Origin: Candidatus Latescibacterota bacterium
GTDB taxonomy: Bacteria > Latescibacterota > UBA2968 > UBA8231
Direction of reading: 5' to 3'
Length of the DNA stretch: 64,000 nucleotides
Assembly (NCBI GenBank): GCA_963422735.1
Contig: OY730476.1
Coordinates: 1,600,001-1,664,000, forward strand
A model generated the notes under the pieces. The model did no database searches, was not told the origin of the DNA, and worked only from the letters and a program-made list of their open reading frames with translations. Each line of letters opens with the position of its first letter. The first letter of the stretch is position 1. A program made the translations under genes and the position numbers. This document shows, piece by piece, positions 56,282 through 64,000 of this stretch.

Positions 56282-58044
56282 AAGGACGATTGCTGCCGAA
56301 GGGTGGGCCGAGGGGCGTTGTCTCTCGGCCCTTTTACTTTGCCCTGTTCGCACTGTTAAGTGCTTGCGGGCAAATGGCTCCCAAGACAACGCCCGAGGTG
56401 CCGACGGCCCAGATCATCCAAGAGCAGCTACCCTTAGTAGGCGACAACCTGCTCGACTTGCAGTTATTCAGGCCGGGTACTGGTTCGCGCCTCCTGATAG
56501 CTCTGCTGGAGTGGGAAACCCCTTCGGGCGAGCACCGCGAAGTCGAGCACCGGTTGCAAGTGCCACAAGGGCGTCTCGTGCGCTATGCGCTGCCGTATCG
56601 GTTGGAAGAGGCTGGCATACACCGCGCGGCCCTGCGGCTGTACGATCCGGAGCGCGACACGCTCATCCATGCTGTCGAAGAGTTGCGCCTGTTTGCCCGG
56701 CCCGCTTGGGAGCTTTCGGGCGATCGCTCGTATTATACCGTAGAGTATGAGATTCGCTTCCGGCTGCGGCGCAATCGTCACGGTGATACGACCATCCCCG
56801 TGACGGTCGAGTTGCGGCGCGGCGTCGAGGTCTTGGATCGCGTGGATGTAAACATGGTCGGGCAGGAGATCTCAGGGGCCTTTGCTGCATACGACTTGCC
56901 CGAGGGGCGTTATTGGCTGGCGGCGCGGTGGCTGGATCCGATCGGCGGTGCGGATTCGCTGGCCGTGGCCTGCGATAAGTTTGCGCCAGCCACGCGGGAG
57001 GTAAAAATCGACCTGTTCAGCCAGTCCTTGCTCGTCGATGGCGAGCCGTTCTTTCCCATTGGGCTATACTGGCTGCAGGCGGATATCCTAGCCCCGATGC
57101 GACGTCTGCATTTCAATTCCGGGGATTACTTCTACAAGCTGCGCGGAGAAGAAGTTGCCGCGCTGATGGATGCAGCAGCCGTAGAGGGGATGCAGATCCT
57201 CCTAGAACTGACCGAGTACGCCCGGCGGAAACCCAAGCCGGACTATCAGGCCATCGCCGCCCTCGTCAAACGCTATCGTCGGCATCCGGCACTCTTGGCT
57301 TGGTATCTGATTGACGAGCCAGACGAGACCAAAATGGACCCTCGGTCCGCGGTGGCGATATACGATCTGATCCGGGATCTCGACCCCTATCATCCGGTCT
57401 ATTTAGTCAATAATCGGCCGCGCACATACGCCGCGTACTCGGACGCCAGCGATATTCTAGCCATAGACGTCTATCCGATCCCGAATTACCCCATCAGTCA
57501 GGTAGGCGACTATATGCAGCAGGCGCGCTGGACTTCGCTGGAGCGAAAACCAGTCTGGTTGGTCGCCCAGGCCTTTGGCGGCGTGGAACACTGGCCGCGC
57601 TCGCCGACGGCGAGCGAATTGCGGAACATGATCTACCAAGGGCTGGTCGAAGGGGCCAAGGGGGTGTTGTTCTACCGCTATTGCCAAGAGAACGAACGCC
57701 GCATCCAACCCCTATCCCTGTGGCGAGAAGTGCAGCGTCTCGCGGCCGAGCTTGCCGAATTAGGGCCGGTGCTCTTGCAGGAGGAGCTCAGCTTGGAGGC
57801 ACAACCGGCTGGTGGCGGGGTCAAAGTAGCGGTCAAAGAGTACAAACGCGATTTTTACGTATTTGTCGTCAATGTCGCCGAGGAGTCGCGACGGCTCGAT
57901 TTGCGCCTAGAAGGCTTGCCGCCTATGGGACGGGCCGAAGTGCTCCATGGGCGGGCGGACCCAACGCTGGCCAACGGACGGCTCGCCGCGGAGCTGGGAC
58001 CGCTGGGTACGGCGGTTTTTCGCTTGCAGACAGCGGGCATTTGA
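56278..58044 (+). CDS. Lipoprotein with glycoside-hydrolase-like TIM barrel
   Basis: Lipobox LSAC, VDGEPFFPIGLY, HPALLAWYLIDEP, DPYHP, DVYPI, GAKGVLFY. Confidence 0.7.
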   Translation: MKGRLLPKGGPRGVVSRPFYFALFALLSACGQMAPKTTPEVPTAQIIQEQLPLVGDNLLDLQLFRPGTGSRLLIALLEWETPSGEHREVEHRLQVPQGRLVRYALPYRLEEAGIHRAALRLYDPERDTLIHAVEELRLFARPAWELSGDRSYYTVEYEIRFRLRRNRHGDTTIPVTVELRRGVEVLDRVDVNMVGQEISGAFAAYDLPEGRYWLAARWLDPIGGADSLAVACDKFAPATREVKIDLFSQSLLVDGEPFFPIGLYWLQADILAPMRRLHFNSGDYFYKLRGEEVAALMDAAAVEGMQILLELTEYARRKPKPDYQAIAALVKRYRRHPALLAWYLIDEPDETKMDPRSAVAIYDLIRDLDPYHPVYLVNNRPRTYAAYSDASDILAIDVYPIPNYPISQVGDYMQQARWTSLERKPVWLVAQAFGGVEHWPRSPTASELRNMIYQGLVEGAKGVLFYRYCQENERRIQPLSLWREVQRLAAELAELGPVLLQEELSLEAQPAGGGVKVAVKEYKRDFYVFVVNVAEESRRLDLRLEGLPPMGRAEVLHGRADPTLANGRLAAELGPLGTAVFRLQTAGI

Positions 58045-58089
58045 ACAGGTGATTCACTGGCTTTGGAGCCGGTTAAAGGAGAAAAAACT

Positions 58090-58578
58090 ATGGCCAAAAA
58101 GGTGGCCCTCGCTAAGCGAGATCGAGAACGAATAAAGAAGATGCTCTTGGTGCGTCGCGCTGAATTGCTCAGTGATCTGGACGGCACCGAGCACGAGATC
58201 GACGAACTGCAAGACCCCAAGGCCGACGACCTCGACCGAGCTGTCGAGGCCGGGGCCATGGAGCTTTTGGTAACTCTGGGCGATACTGAGCGCCGCGAGC
58301 TGGAGGAGGTCGTGCTAGCACTTGAGAAGCTGGATAGCACGACGTATGGCAAGTGCGAAGCCTGCCTCGAAAAGCCCTTAAACCTGTGCCCGACCTGTCC
58401 GTTTATTCCCGAGCCGCGCTTGGAGGCCCTGCCCACGGCGCGGCTGTGCGTGTCCTGTCAGGAGGCCGAGGAGCAGAACCAGATTCCGTCCTATACCCGG
58501 CTGCGCCCGCGGCGGATGTTTGGCGAGAACATAGAGGAATTCTCGCATCCGCTGATGGATTCAGAAGACGACAGATAG
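58090..58578 (+). CDS. dksA: DksA/TraR C4 zinc-finger protein
   Basis: Coiled-coil tip DDLDRA (DxxDxA), YGKCEAC...RLEALPTARLCVSC. Confidence 0.8.
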   Translation: MAKKVALAKRDRERIKKMLLVRRAELLSDLDGTEHEIDELQDPKADDLDRAVEAGAMELLVTLGDTERRELEEVVLALEKLDSTTYGKCEACLEKPLNLCPTCPFIPEPRLEALPTARLCVSCQEAEEQNQIPSYTRLRPRRMFGENIEEFSHPLMDSEDDR

Positions 58579-58609
58579 GCTCTTAATCGGCGCGTTATTC
58601 GAGCCTAAT

Positions 58610-58651
58610 CAAAGGCGGCCTAAGCTTTTTGAGAAGCTTAGGCCGCCTTTG
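58610..58651. terminator. Bidirectional terminator between convergent dksA and TolC genes
   Basis: CAAAGGCGGCCTAAGCTT / AAGCTTAGGCCGCCTTTG perfect 18-bp stem. Confidence 0.85.
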
Positions 58652-58671
58652 TGTTGGACTGGGATGGGAGG

Positions 58672-60111
58672 CTAAGGTGCCAGTTCTTTCAGCTCGGCCA
58701 TGGTGGCGAGTCGCACGTTTTTGAGCTGGCGCTGGTAACCTATGACTGCGGCTAAGGAGTTGATTTGGGCCTGCGTCAAACTGCCTTGGGCTTGGAGCAG
58801 TTGCTGGCTGTCGGCCAAGCCGAGTTCAAAGCGGCTCTGCTCGACGTCGTAGGTGCGCTGGGCGAACTGAAGGGCGGCTTGGCGCAGGTCGATCTGGCGC
58901 TCGGCCTCGTGGACGCGGCGCGTGCCGTCGCGGATCTGCTGGACAATTTGGCGTCGCTGCTGCTCGCGGGCGAGGCGGCTTTGCTCCAAGGCGAGGCGCG
59001 CTTGGTTGACGTTGGCGCGCCGCTGGCCGCTGTCGATCAGCGGCAGGGTTATCTGCAGGTCAACTCCCCACCGATTGCGCTCGAAATTGTCGCTGACATC
59101 GCCAATTGCGCTGCCGTGCCCCCGCATACTGACATTGGCACCTAAGATCGCGTTGATGCCGTTGCGGCGGCGGGTGTCTTCTAGATCCAACGCGCGGATT
59201 TCCTCGAAAATTTCGGCTCGCTTCATATCGGTGCGGCGTGCCAAGCCGATTTCAAGGGCGCGTTGGGCGTCGATGGGGTGAATCTCGTACTGGACCTCGG
59301 TGTCGATTTCGAGCGGTGCCCACACATCGAGTCCGAGGGTTTCGCGGAGAATGTCGCGGCGCGATTCGATATTGGTTCGGGCCTGGTCGTACGTGGCCTC
59401 GGCCTGTAGCATTTCTACCTGTAAGCGCAGGGCTTCCACTTCGGCGATGAGGCCGACCTCAAATTTCCGTTGGGCCAGTTCCAAATTGGCGCGCGACTGC
59501 GCTAGGCGCTGTTCCTCTATTTCGAGCTCGCGGACGCTCTGCACCAAGTCGTAGTAATCGTCGATAACTTGGCCCTCTAGCTGGAGCCGCTGGCGGTCGA
59601 AGTTGAGGCGTGCGCTTTGCAGGCTGTGCTCGGCGCGCTTGAGCGCGATTTCCTCGCTGGGCTGGCCGAGTAGATCGCGTGCGTAAAAAAGGCGCGTCGA
59701 ACCCGAATAGTCGAGGAAGTCGGCGCGGCGACTGGACGAGAAGTTGCGGCGCAGGGCTGCAGTGGTCAGCGTGAATTGGCCGAGGTGGCGCAGGCGCTGG
59801 GCCATGCGCAGGTTGCCCGAGTAGAGGACATCGGAACTCTCTTCGCGGACTCGTTTTTCGAGAGCGATATTTTCTTGGGTATCGCTCAGCCCAGTGAAGC
59901 TAGGGGCGGTGACGTCGGCGTTCATGTTGAAGGCAAAGGGCGCACGCGCCGCCGCTAGTTGGGCGCGGTTGCTGGCTAGGGTCTGTTGGTCCATTTGGTG
60001 TTGCAAGTTGTTTTGCATGGCCAAGTCGATGCACTCTTGCAGCGAGAGGACATCGGCTGCGGAGCAGGTGGTGGCAATCAGCAAACCGACCAGTGCCCAT
60101 TGATATTTCAT
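58672..60111 (-). CDS. TolC-family outer-membrane efflux protein
   Basis: Signal peptide, LSLQECIDLAMQNN, RKFEVGL, LPLIDSG, RFELGL. Confidence 0.88.
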   Translation of the reverse strand: MKYQWALVGLLIATTCSAADVLSLQECIDLAMQNNLQHQMDQQTLASNRAQLAAARAPFAFNMNADVTAPSFTGLSDTQENIALEKRVREESSDVLYSGNLRMAQRLRHLGQFTLTTAALRRNFSSSRRADFLDYSGSTRLFYARDLLGQPSEEIALKRAEHSLQSARLNFDRQRLQLEGQVIDDYYDLVQSVRELEIEEQRLAQSRANLELAQRKFEVGLIAEVEALRLQVEMLQAEATYDQARTNIESRRDILRETLGLDVWAPLEIDTEVQYEIHPIDAQRALEIGLARRTDMKRAEIFEEIRALDLEDTRRRNGINAILGANVSMRGHGSAIGDVSDNFERNRWGVDLQITLPLIDSGQRRANVNQARLALEQSRLAREQQRRQIVQQIRDGTRRVHEAERQIDLRQAALQFAQRTYDVEQSRFELGLADSQQLLQAQGSLTQAQINSLAAVIGYQRQLKNVRLATMAELKELAP

Positions 60112-60279
60112 CACAGAGTCCCTTCTTATCAGATGACGAGCGAGATGCAACTGTCTTCTGCTAATTATACACTACGCGTTTTACAAAGCCAACCGCGGCC
60201 ATTTTTCGGCGGTGGGTTTTATGTTTAATATTTAATATCCATAGACTTAAGCCTATCAAGAATGTAAAGGAGCTATGCT

Positions 60280-61029
60280 ATGACCACCTTCACTTCGCAA
60301 GTGCTCGCGTACGAAAAATCCGCCGCCGACCTCGCGGTCAAAATCTTTGCCGACGGGGCCGACCGCGAGAGCATGCTGGCGAGCTATGCCAACCCGCTAG
60401 TCTCTGGGTTTACGACCAATCCCACCTTGATGCGCCAAGCGGGCATCACCGACTACCGAGCCTTTGCCCGCGACATCGTCGCGGTCATTCCCGATCGCCA
60501 CATTTCTTTTGAGGTCTTTTCAGACGAGTTCGACGACATGGAGCGCCAAGCCCGCGAGATCGCAACGTGGGGCGAAAATGTGTACGCCAAAATTCCCGTC
60601 AGCAACACCAAGGGCGAGGTCAGCTACGACTTGGTCCATCGGCTGTCTCAAGATGGAGTCAAGGTCAACGTCACGGCGATCTTTCTGCCCGACCAAGTGC
60701 GAGAAGTGGCGGCCGCAGTCGAGGGTGGGGCACCGTGCTGCGTGTCGGTCTTTGCCGGTCGCATCGCCGACGCCGGGCTAGATTACATGCCGGTCATGGC
60801 CGAATCGGTCGAGTTGCTCGCGCCCAACCCCCAAGCCGAACTCATCTGGGCCAGCCCCCGCGAGGTGTACAATGTCGTCCAAGCCGACAGCATTGGTTGC
60901 CACATTATCACCTGCACCAGCGACATCATCAAAAAGCTGCCGACCTTGGGCAAGGAGCTGGGACAGTTCTCGCTAGAAACCGTACAGATCTTTTACGCGG
61001 ATGCCACGGCTGCCGGCTACAGCCTGTGA
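60280..61029 (+). CDS. tal: Transaldolase-family protein (short type)
   Basis: IFADGAD, GFTTNPTLM, YAKIP Schiff-base Lys, VNVTA, FAGRIAD, WASPRE. Confidence 0.88.
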   Translation: MTTFTSQVLAYEKSAADLAVKIFADGADRESMLASYANPLVSGFTTNPTLMRQAGITDYRAFARDIVAVIPDRHISFEVFSDEFDDMERQAREIATWGENVYAKIPVSNTKGEVSYDLVHRLSQDGVKVNVTAIFLPDQVREVAAAVEGGAPCCVSVFAGRIADAGLDYMPVMAESVELLAPNPQAELIWASPREVYNVVQADSIGCHIITCTSDIIKKLPTLGKELGQFSLETVQIFYADATAAGYSL

Positions 61030-61038
61030 GTGCGGCAG

Positions 61039-61623
61039 ATGAGTTACACCCAGCAGTACTTGGCGGCGGCAGCTCAAGTCATCGAGCAGCTAGATCGCCA
61101 TGCGATCGAAGCGATGGTGCGCCTCTTCGTCGAGACCCGTCAGCGCGGGGGGCGGCTCTTTATCCTCGGCGTGGGGGGCAGCGCGGGCAACGCGAGCCAC
61201 GCGGTCAACGACTTTCGCAAGATCGCTGGTATTGAATCCTACGCGCCCACGGACAACGTATCGGAGCTGACGGCGCGCATCAACGACGAGGGTTGGGAGA
61301 CGGCCTTTGCCAGATGGCTGGAGGGCAGCCGTTTGAACGAAAAGGATCTGATCTTGGTCTTTTCCGTCGGCGGTGGCAATCGCCCGATGAACACAAGCGT
61401 CAACCTGGTTGCAGCACTGGAGTACGCCAAAGAGGTCGGAGCCAAAATCTGCGGCATCGTGGGGCGGGATGGTGGCTTTACGGCCCAAATCGCCGACGCC
61501 TGCGCGATTGTGCCAACGGTCGCCCCGGATGCAGTCACGCCGCTGACGGAATCCTTCCAAGCCGTTATATGGCATTTAATTGTCTCGCATCCCGAGATAC
61601 AAGTAGGGCGCACCAGATGGTAG
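61039..61623 (+). CDS. gmhA: Phosphoheptose isomerase-like SIS protein
   Basis: GVGGSAGNASH, TARIND, FSVGGG, GRDGG. Confidence 0.8.
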   Translation: MSYTQQYLAAAAQVIEQLDRHAIEAMVRLFVETRQRGGRLFILGVGGSAGNASHAVNDFRKIAGIESYAPTDNVSELTARINDEGWETAFARWLEGSRLNEKDLILVFSVGGGNRPMNTSVNLVAALEYAKEVGAKICGIVGRDGGFTAQIADACAIVPTVAPDAVTPLTESFQAVIWHLIVSHPEIQVGRTRW

Positions 61624-61657
61624 ATGCGCTCGCGCCATTCACAACGAAAGGCTGAAC

Positions 61658-62710
61658 ATGTCTGCTCTCCCCCAAGGCTTGCGCCAGTTTTTGCACCGCT
61701 ACATTCCAAAACTGGAAGAGGAGATGTTCTCGTTCCTCGTGGTGCGCGAACCCGAAGAGTTCCTATATCGGCTGATGCGCGACTACCCAGAGCGCGGCGG
61801 CAAGCGATTCCGCCCGGTGCTGGTGCTCTTGGCATGCCAAGCCTGCGGCGGCGACGCAAAGAACGCCATGCGGACTGCGGTGGCCTTTGAGATGTTCCAG
61901 TCGTTTGCCGTAGTCCACGACGATATTGAAGACGATTCGGAGATGCGGCGCGGCAAGCCCTGTTTGCACAAGCTGCACGGGATTCCATTGGCCATTAACG
62001 TCGGCGATGCCCTGTACGCCAAGGTCTTTGAAATCCTCAGCGCGAACCGCGAGGTATTGGGGGCGGATGTCGCACTCGATTTGATGGACGAAATGATCCG
62101 CGGCGCGTGCGAGACGTTTGAGGGACAGGCATACGACGTGGGCTGGATTCGCCAGCGCTATATCCCCAGCGAGGGCGAGTTTATGGCCATGTTGCGCAAA
62201 AAGACCGGGTGGTACACGGGCCGAGGGCCGTGTACGGCCGGGGCGATTATCGCGGGTGCCAAAATGGAGTTGCGAACTTGTATCGGCGACTTCGGCGAGT
62301 CCATGGCCATCGCGTTCCAGCTCCGCGACGACCTGCTGAATTTGAGCTCTTCCGAACAAGACGCTGGCTCTGCGCCCGGAGTTACTTCCGGGGCCTACGG
62401 CAAGGAGCGGGGCGGGGATATTGCGGAAGGGAAGCGGACCTTGATTATCATCGATCTATTGGGCAAATGCACGGCGGCGGAGCGCGAGGAGGTGCTGGCG
62501 ATCTTGCATCAAGAGCGGCACCGCAACACAGCCGCCGAGATCGAGCGGGTTATCGCCTTAGTTGAGCACTACGAATGCGACCGCTACGTCGAGTGCGCGT
62601 GCCAGCAGAAGGTCGAAGAGAGCCTGACACACCTAGAGAAGCTCCCGGCCAACCCCGCTCGCGAGATGCTGGGAGAGATGCTGGACTTTCTGGTCCAGCG
62701 CGCCTTCTAG
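61658..62710 (+). CDS. Polyprenyl (GGPP/FPP-type) synthetase
   Basis: GGKRFRP, FARM VHDDIED, RRGKP, GQAYD, KKTGWY, SARM FQLRDD. Confidence 0.92.
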   Translation: MSALPQGLRQFLHRYIPKLEEEMFSFLVVREPEEFLYRLMRDYPERGGKRFRPVLVLLACQACGGDAKNAMRTAVAFEMFQSFAVVHDDIEDDSEMRRGKPCLHKLHGIPLAINVGDALYAKVFEILSANREVLGADVALDLMDEMIRGACETFEGQAYDVGWIRQRYIPSEGEFMAMLRKKTGWYTGRGPCTAGAIIAGAKMELRTCIGDFGESMAIAFQLRDDLLNLSSSEQDAGSAPGVTSGAYGKERGGDIAEGKRTLIIIDLLGKCTAAEREEVLAILHQERHRNTAAEIERVIALVEHYECDRYVECACQQKVEESLTHLEKLPANPAREMLGEMLDFLVQRAF

Positions 62711-62738
62711 AAGCGGTCTGCGAACGCCAGCCAGCTTC

Positions 62739-63794
62739 TTAGTCCACCACTGAATTTTCCAAATAAGCCAAAAGCAATCGCGCCGCGTTGACGATGCCGT
62801 CCCACGCGCAGATTTCGTATCCATGCGTGTTGTCGCCTGGGTAGCCAATCAACGCAGCGCGCGCAATAGCACCGGACGTTTTGGCAATCGACGAGTCGCT
62901 GGAGTACGAAGTGAGGACGGCCGTTTGGATGCCGAACCCGCAGGCGGTGGCTAGGGCGTCAAAGCGGTCGATGATGCGTGCGTCGTACAGGCCGCGACTG
63001 TCCCGGACGCCGATGATGGGGTCGCCGCTGTTGGCCGTGCCGTATTCGGCGGCCGCGGGCGCAATGTCAACGGCAACGGCCGCGTCAACCGGCAGCCGCC
63101 CGAGCGCGTAGATCGCGCCGTGCCCACCGATTTCCTCGCTGGAGCTGGCCACGAGATATGCGTCTTGAGCCGGCCGGTTCTCCCGCAAGTGCAGGCCCAC
63201 TTCGAGCATGGCCGCCAAGCCAGCGCGGCAATCGAGGTTGTAGCCGCAAACGCAATCGCCTAGACGCCAGAGCGTCTTGTGTTTGCCGGCGATGACGACC
63301 CGAGTGCCGGTGCGGATCCCGCGCTGAGCTAACTCTTCGGCTGTGAGCCTCGTTTCAATCCACATCTGTTCCCACTTGAGGGGTTGGCCGTCTTTGAGCC
63401 GCCCTGCCGGGCTCTCTGTGGAGACATGCTTGGCACCGGTGGAGAGCACACCCGGGCAGAGGCCATCTCGCGCCATGATCTCCACCGGGCTTTCGCCTAG
63501 TGCCCAAGGGTGCAAGCCGCCCAAGGGCTGCACCCTAATTTTGCCGTCGGATTCAATGCGCTTGACGATGAGGGCGATCTCGTCCTTGTGGGCGAGGGCT
63601 GCCACGGGCTGGTCGTGGCTTCGGCCCTTGATGTGGATGATTATGTTGTCGGCCGCGTCCTGCCAGACGGCGTCGCCGATGGGGGCGGCGAGCTCGGAGA
63701 CGAGGGCGTCCATAGCGGATTCTGCGCCCGAGGGCGCGTGGGCAGCGAGCAGTTGCTCGACAAAGCCATAGAGGCGTTGGGCATCGATGGTCAT
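62739..63794 (-). CDS. M42 family metallopeptidase
   Basis: PSGAE, AHKDEI, LDCRAG, SEEIG, VDI, THGYE. Confidence 0.88.
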   Translation of the reverse strand: MTIDAQRLYGFVEQLLAAHAPSGAESAMDALVSELAAPIGDAVWQDAADNIIIHIKGRSHDQPVAALAHKDEIALIVKRIESDGKIRVQPLGGLHPWALGESPVEIMARDGLCPGVLSTGAKHVSTESPAGRLKDGQPLKWEQMWIETRLTAEELAQRGIRTGTRVVIAGKHKTLWRLGDCVCGYNLDCRAGLAAMLEVGLHLRENRPAQDAYLVASSSEEIGGHGAIYALGRLPVDAAVAVDIAPAAAEYGTANSGDPIIGVRDSRGLYDARIIDRFDALATACGFGIQTAVLTSYSSDSSIAKTSGAIARAALIGYPGDNTHGYEICAWDGIVNAARLLLAYLENSVVD

Positions 63795-63870
63795 GGGGTG
63801 CTCCTAATTGAAGGTAAGCGAAAATAATTAGGAGCAAGTCGATGGACAATGAAAACGCCGCTGTGAGGGG

Positions 63871-64000
63871 TCAGGCCGGAGCGGCGAGGGACCCAATAAC
63901 TTCTTCGGCCAGTCCGCGCAAGGTCTTTTGCAGCCGCAGGCGGCCCCGGTTGACGCGCGATTTGACCGTGCCTACGGGACAGTTGATGATCTTGGCGATT
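63871..64000 (-). CDS. ECF sigma factor, region 4 C-terminus (partial)
   Basis: Manual translation IAKIINCPVGTVKSRVNRGRLRLQKTL; gene runs off the window. Confidence 0.85.
   Translation of the reverse strand, partial: IAKIINCPVGTVKSRVNRGRLRLQKTLRGLAEEVIGSLAAPA

Noticed and set aside
1-64000. CRISPR arrays, tRNA/rRNA genes, IS transposases, integrases, riboswitches
   Set aside because: No regularly spaced repeats, cloverleaf or rRNA signatures, or recombinase motifs were recognised by eye; a covariance-model scan would be needed to exclude small RNAs.

Overview
This is a GC-rich bacterial chromosome segment, mostly housekeeping and metabolic genes with several accessory or decaying patches. 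Core content: M16 protease, FGGY kinase plus MDR dehydrogenase, MltF-like transglycosylase, and a TRAP dctPQM, rpiA, GNAT, fused indolepyruvate oxidoreductase, def run. It also carries a sigma54-driven nitrogen cluster (NifA-like activator, amtB, glnK, outer-membrane channel, glnA), a short sigma70 factor, a sigma54 response regulator, and the futalosine menaquinone genes (menG, mqnE, mqnC, mqnA, mqnP, with ubiX further on). The right part holds rfbB, a YjhG/YagF dehydratase, an RsmF-like methyltransferase, an LpxH-like hydrolase, M23 peptidase, Mrp, DksA, TolC, transaldolase-gmhA-polyprenyl synthase, M42 peptidase and the end of an ECF sigma factor. Three things stand out. (1) A ~4.7 kb island (13320-17990) is bracketed by a duplicated dctM 3' end. 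It encodes a secreted LolA-like protein whose C-terminus carries a double-glycine-type leader (LLDDEQLEKVVGRG) and a hidden 10-Cys/Trp-rich core interrupted by one TAG, next to a stand-alone signal-peptide C39 peptidase. This is a candidate undescribed extracytoplasmic peptide-maturation system. (2) A STAND-type NTPase and a partner ending in an RxxxxH HEPN-like motif sit at the left edge, a candidate defence system. (3) There is an apparent window-wide loss of CCWGG with excess CTWGG/CCWAG, suggesting unrepaired 5mC deamination. All calls come from reading motifs by eye; no database searches were run.
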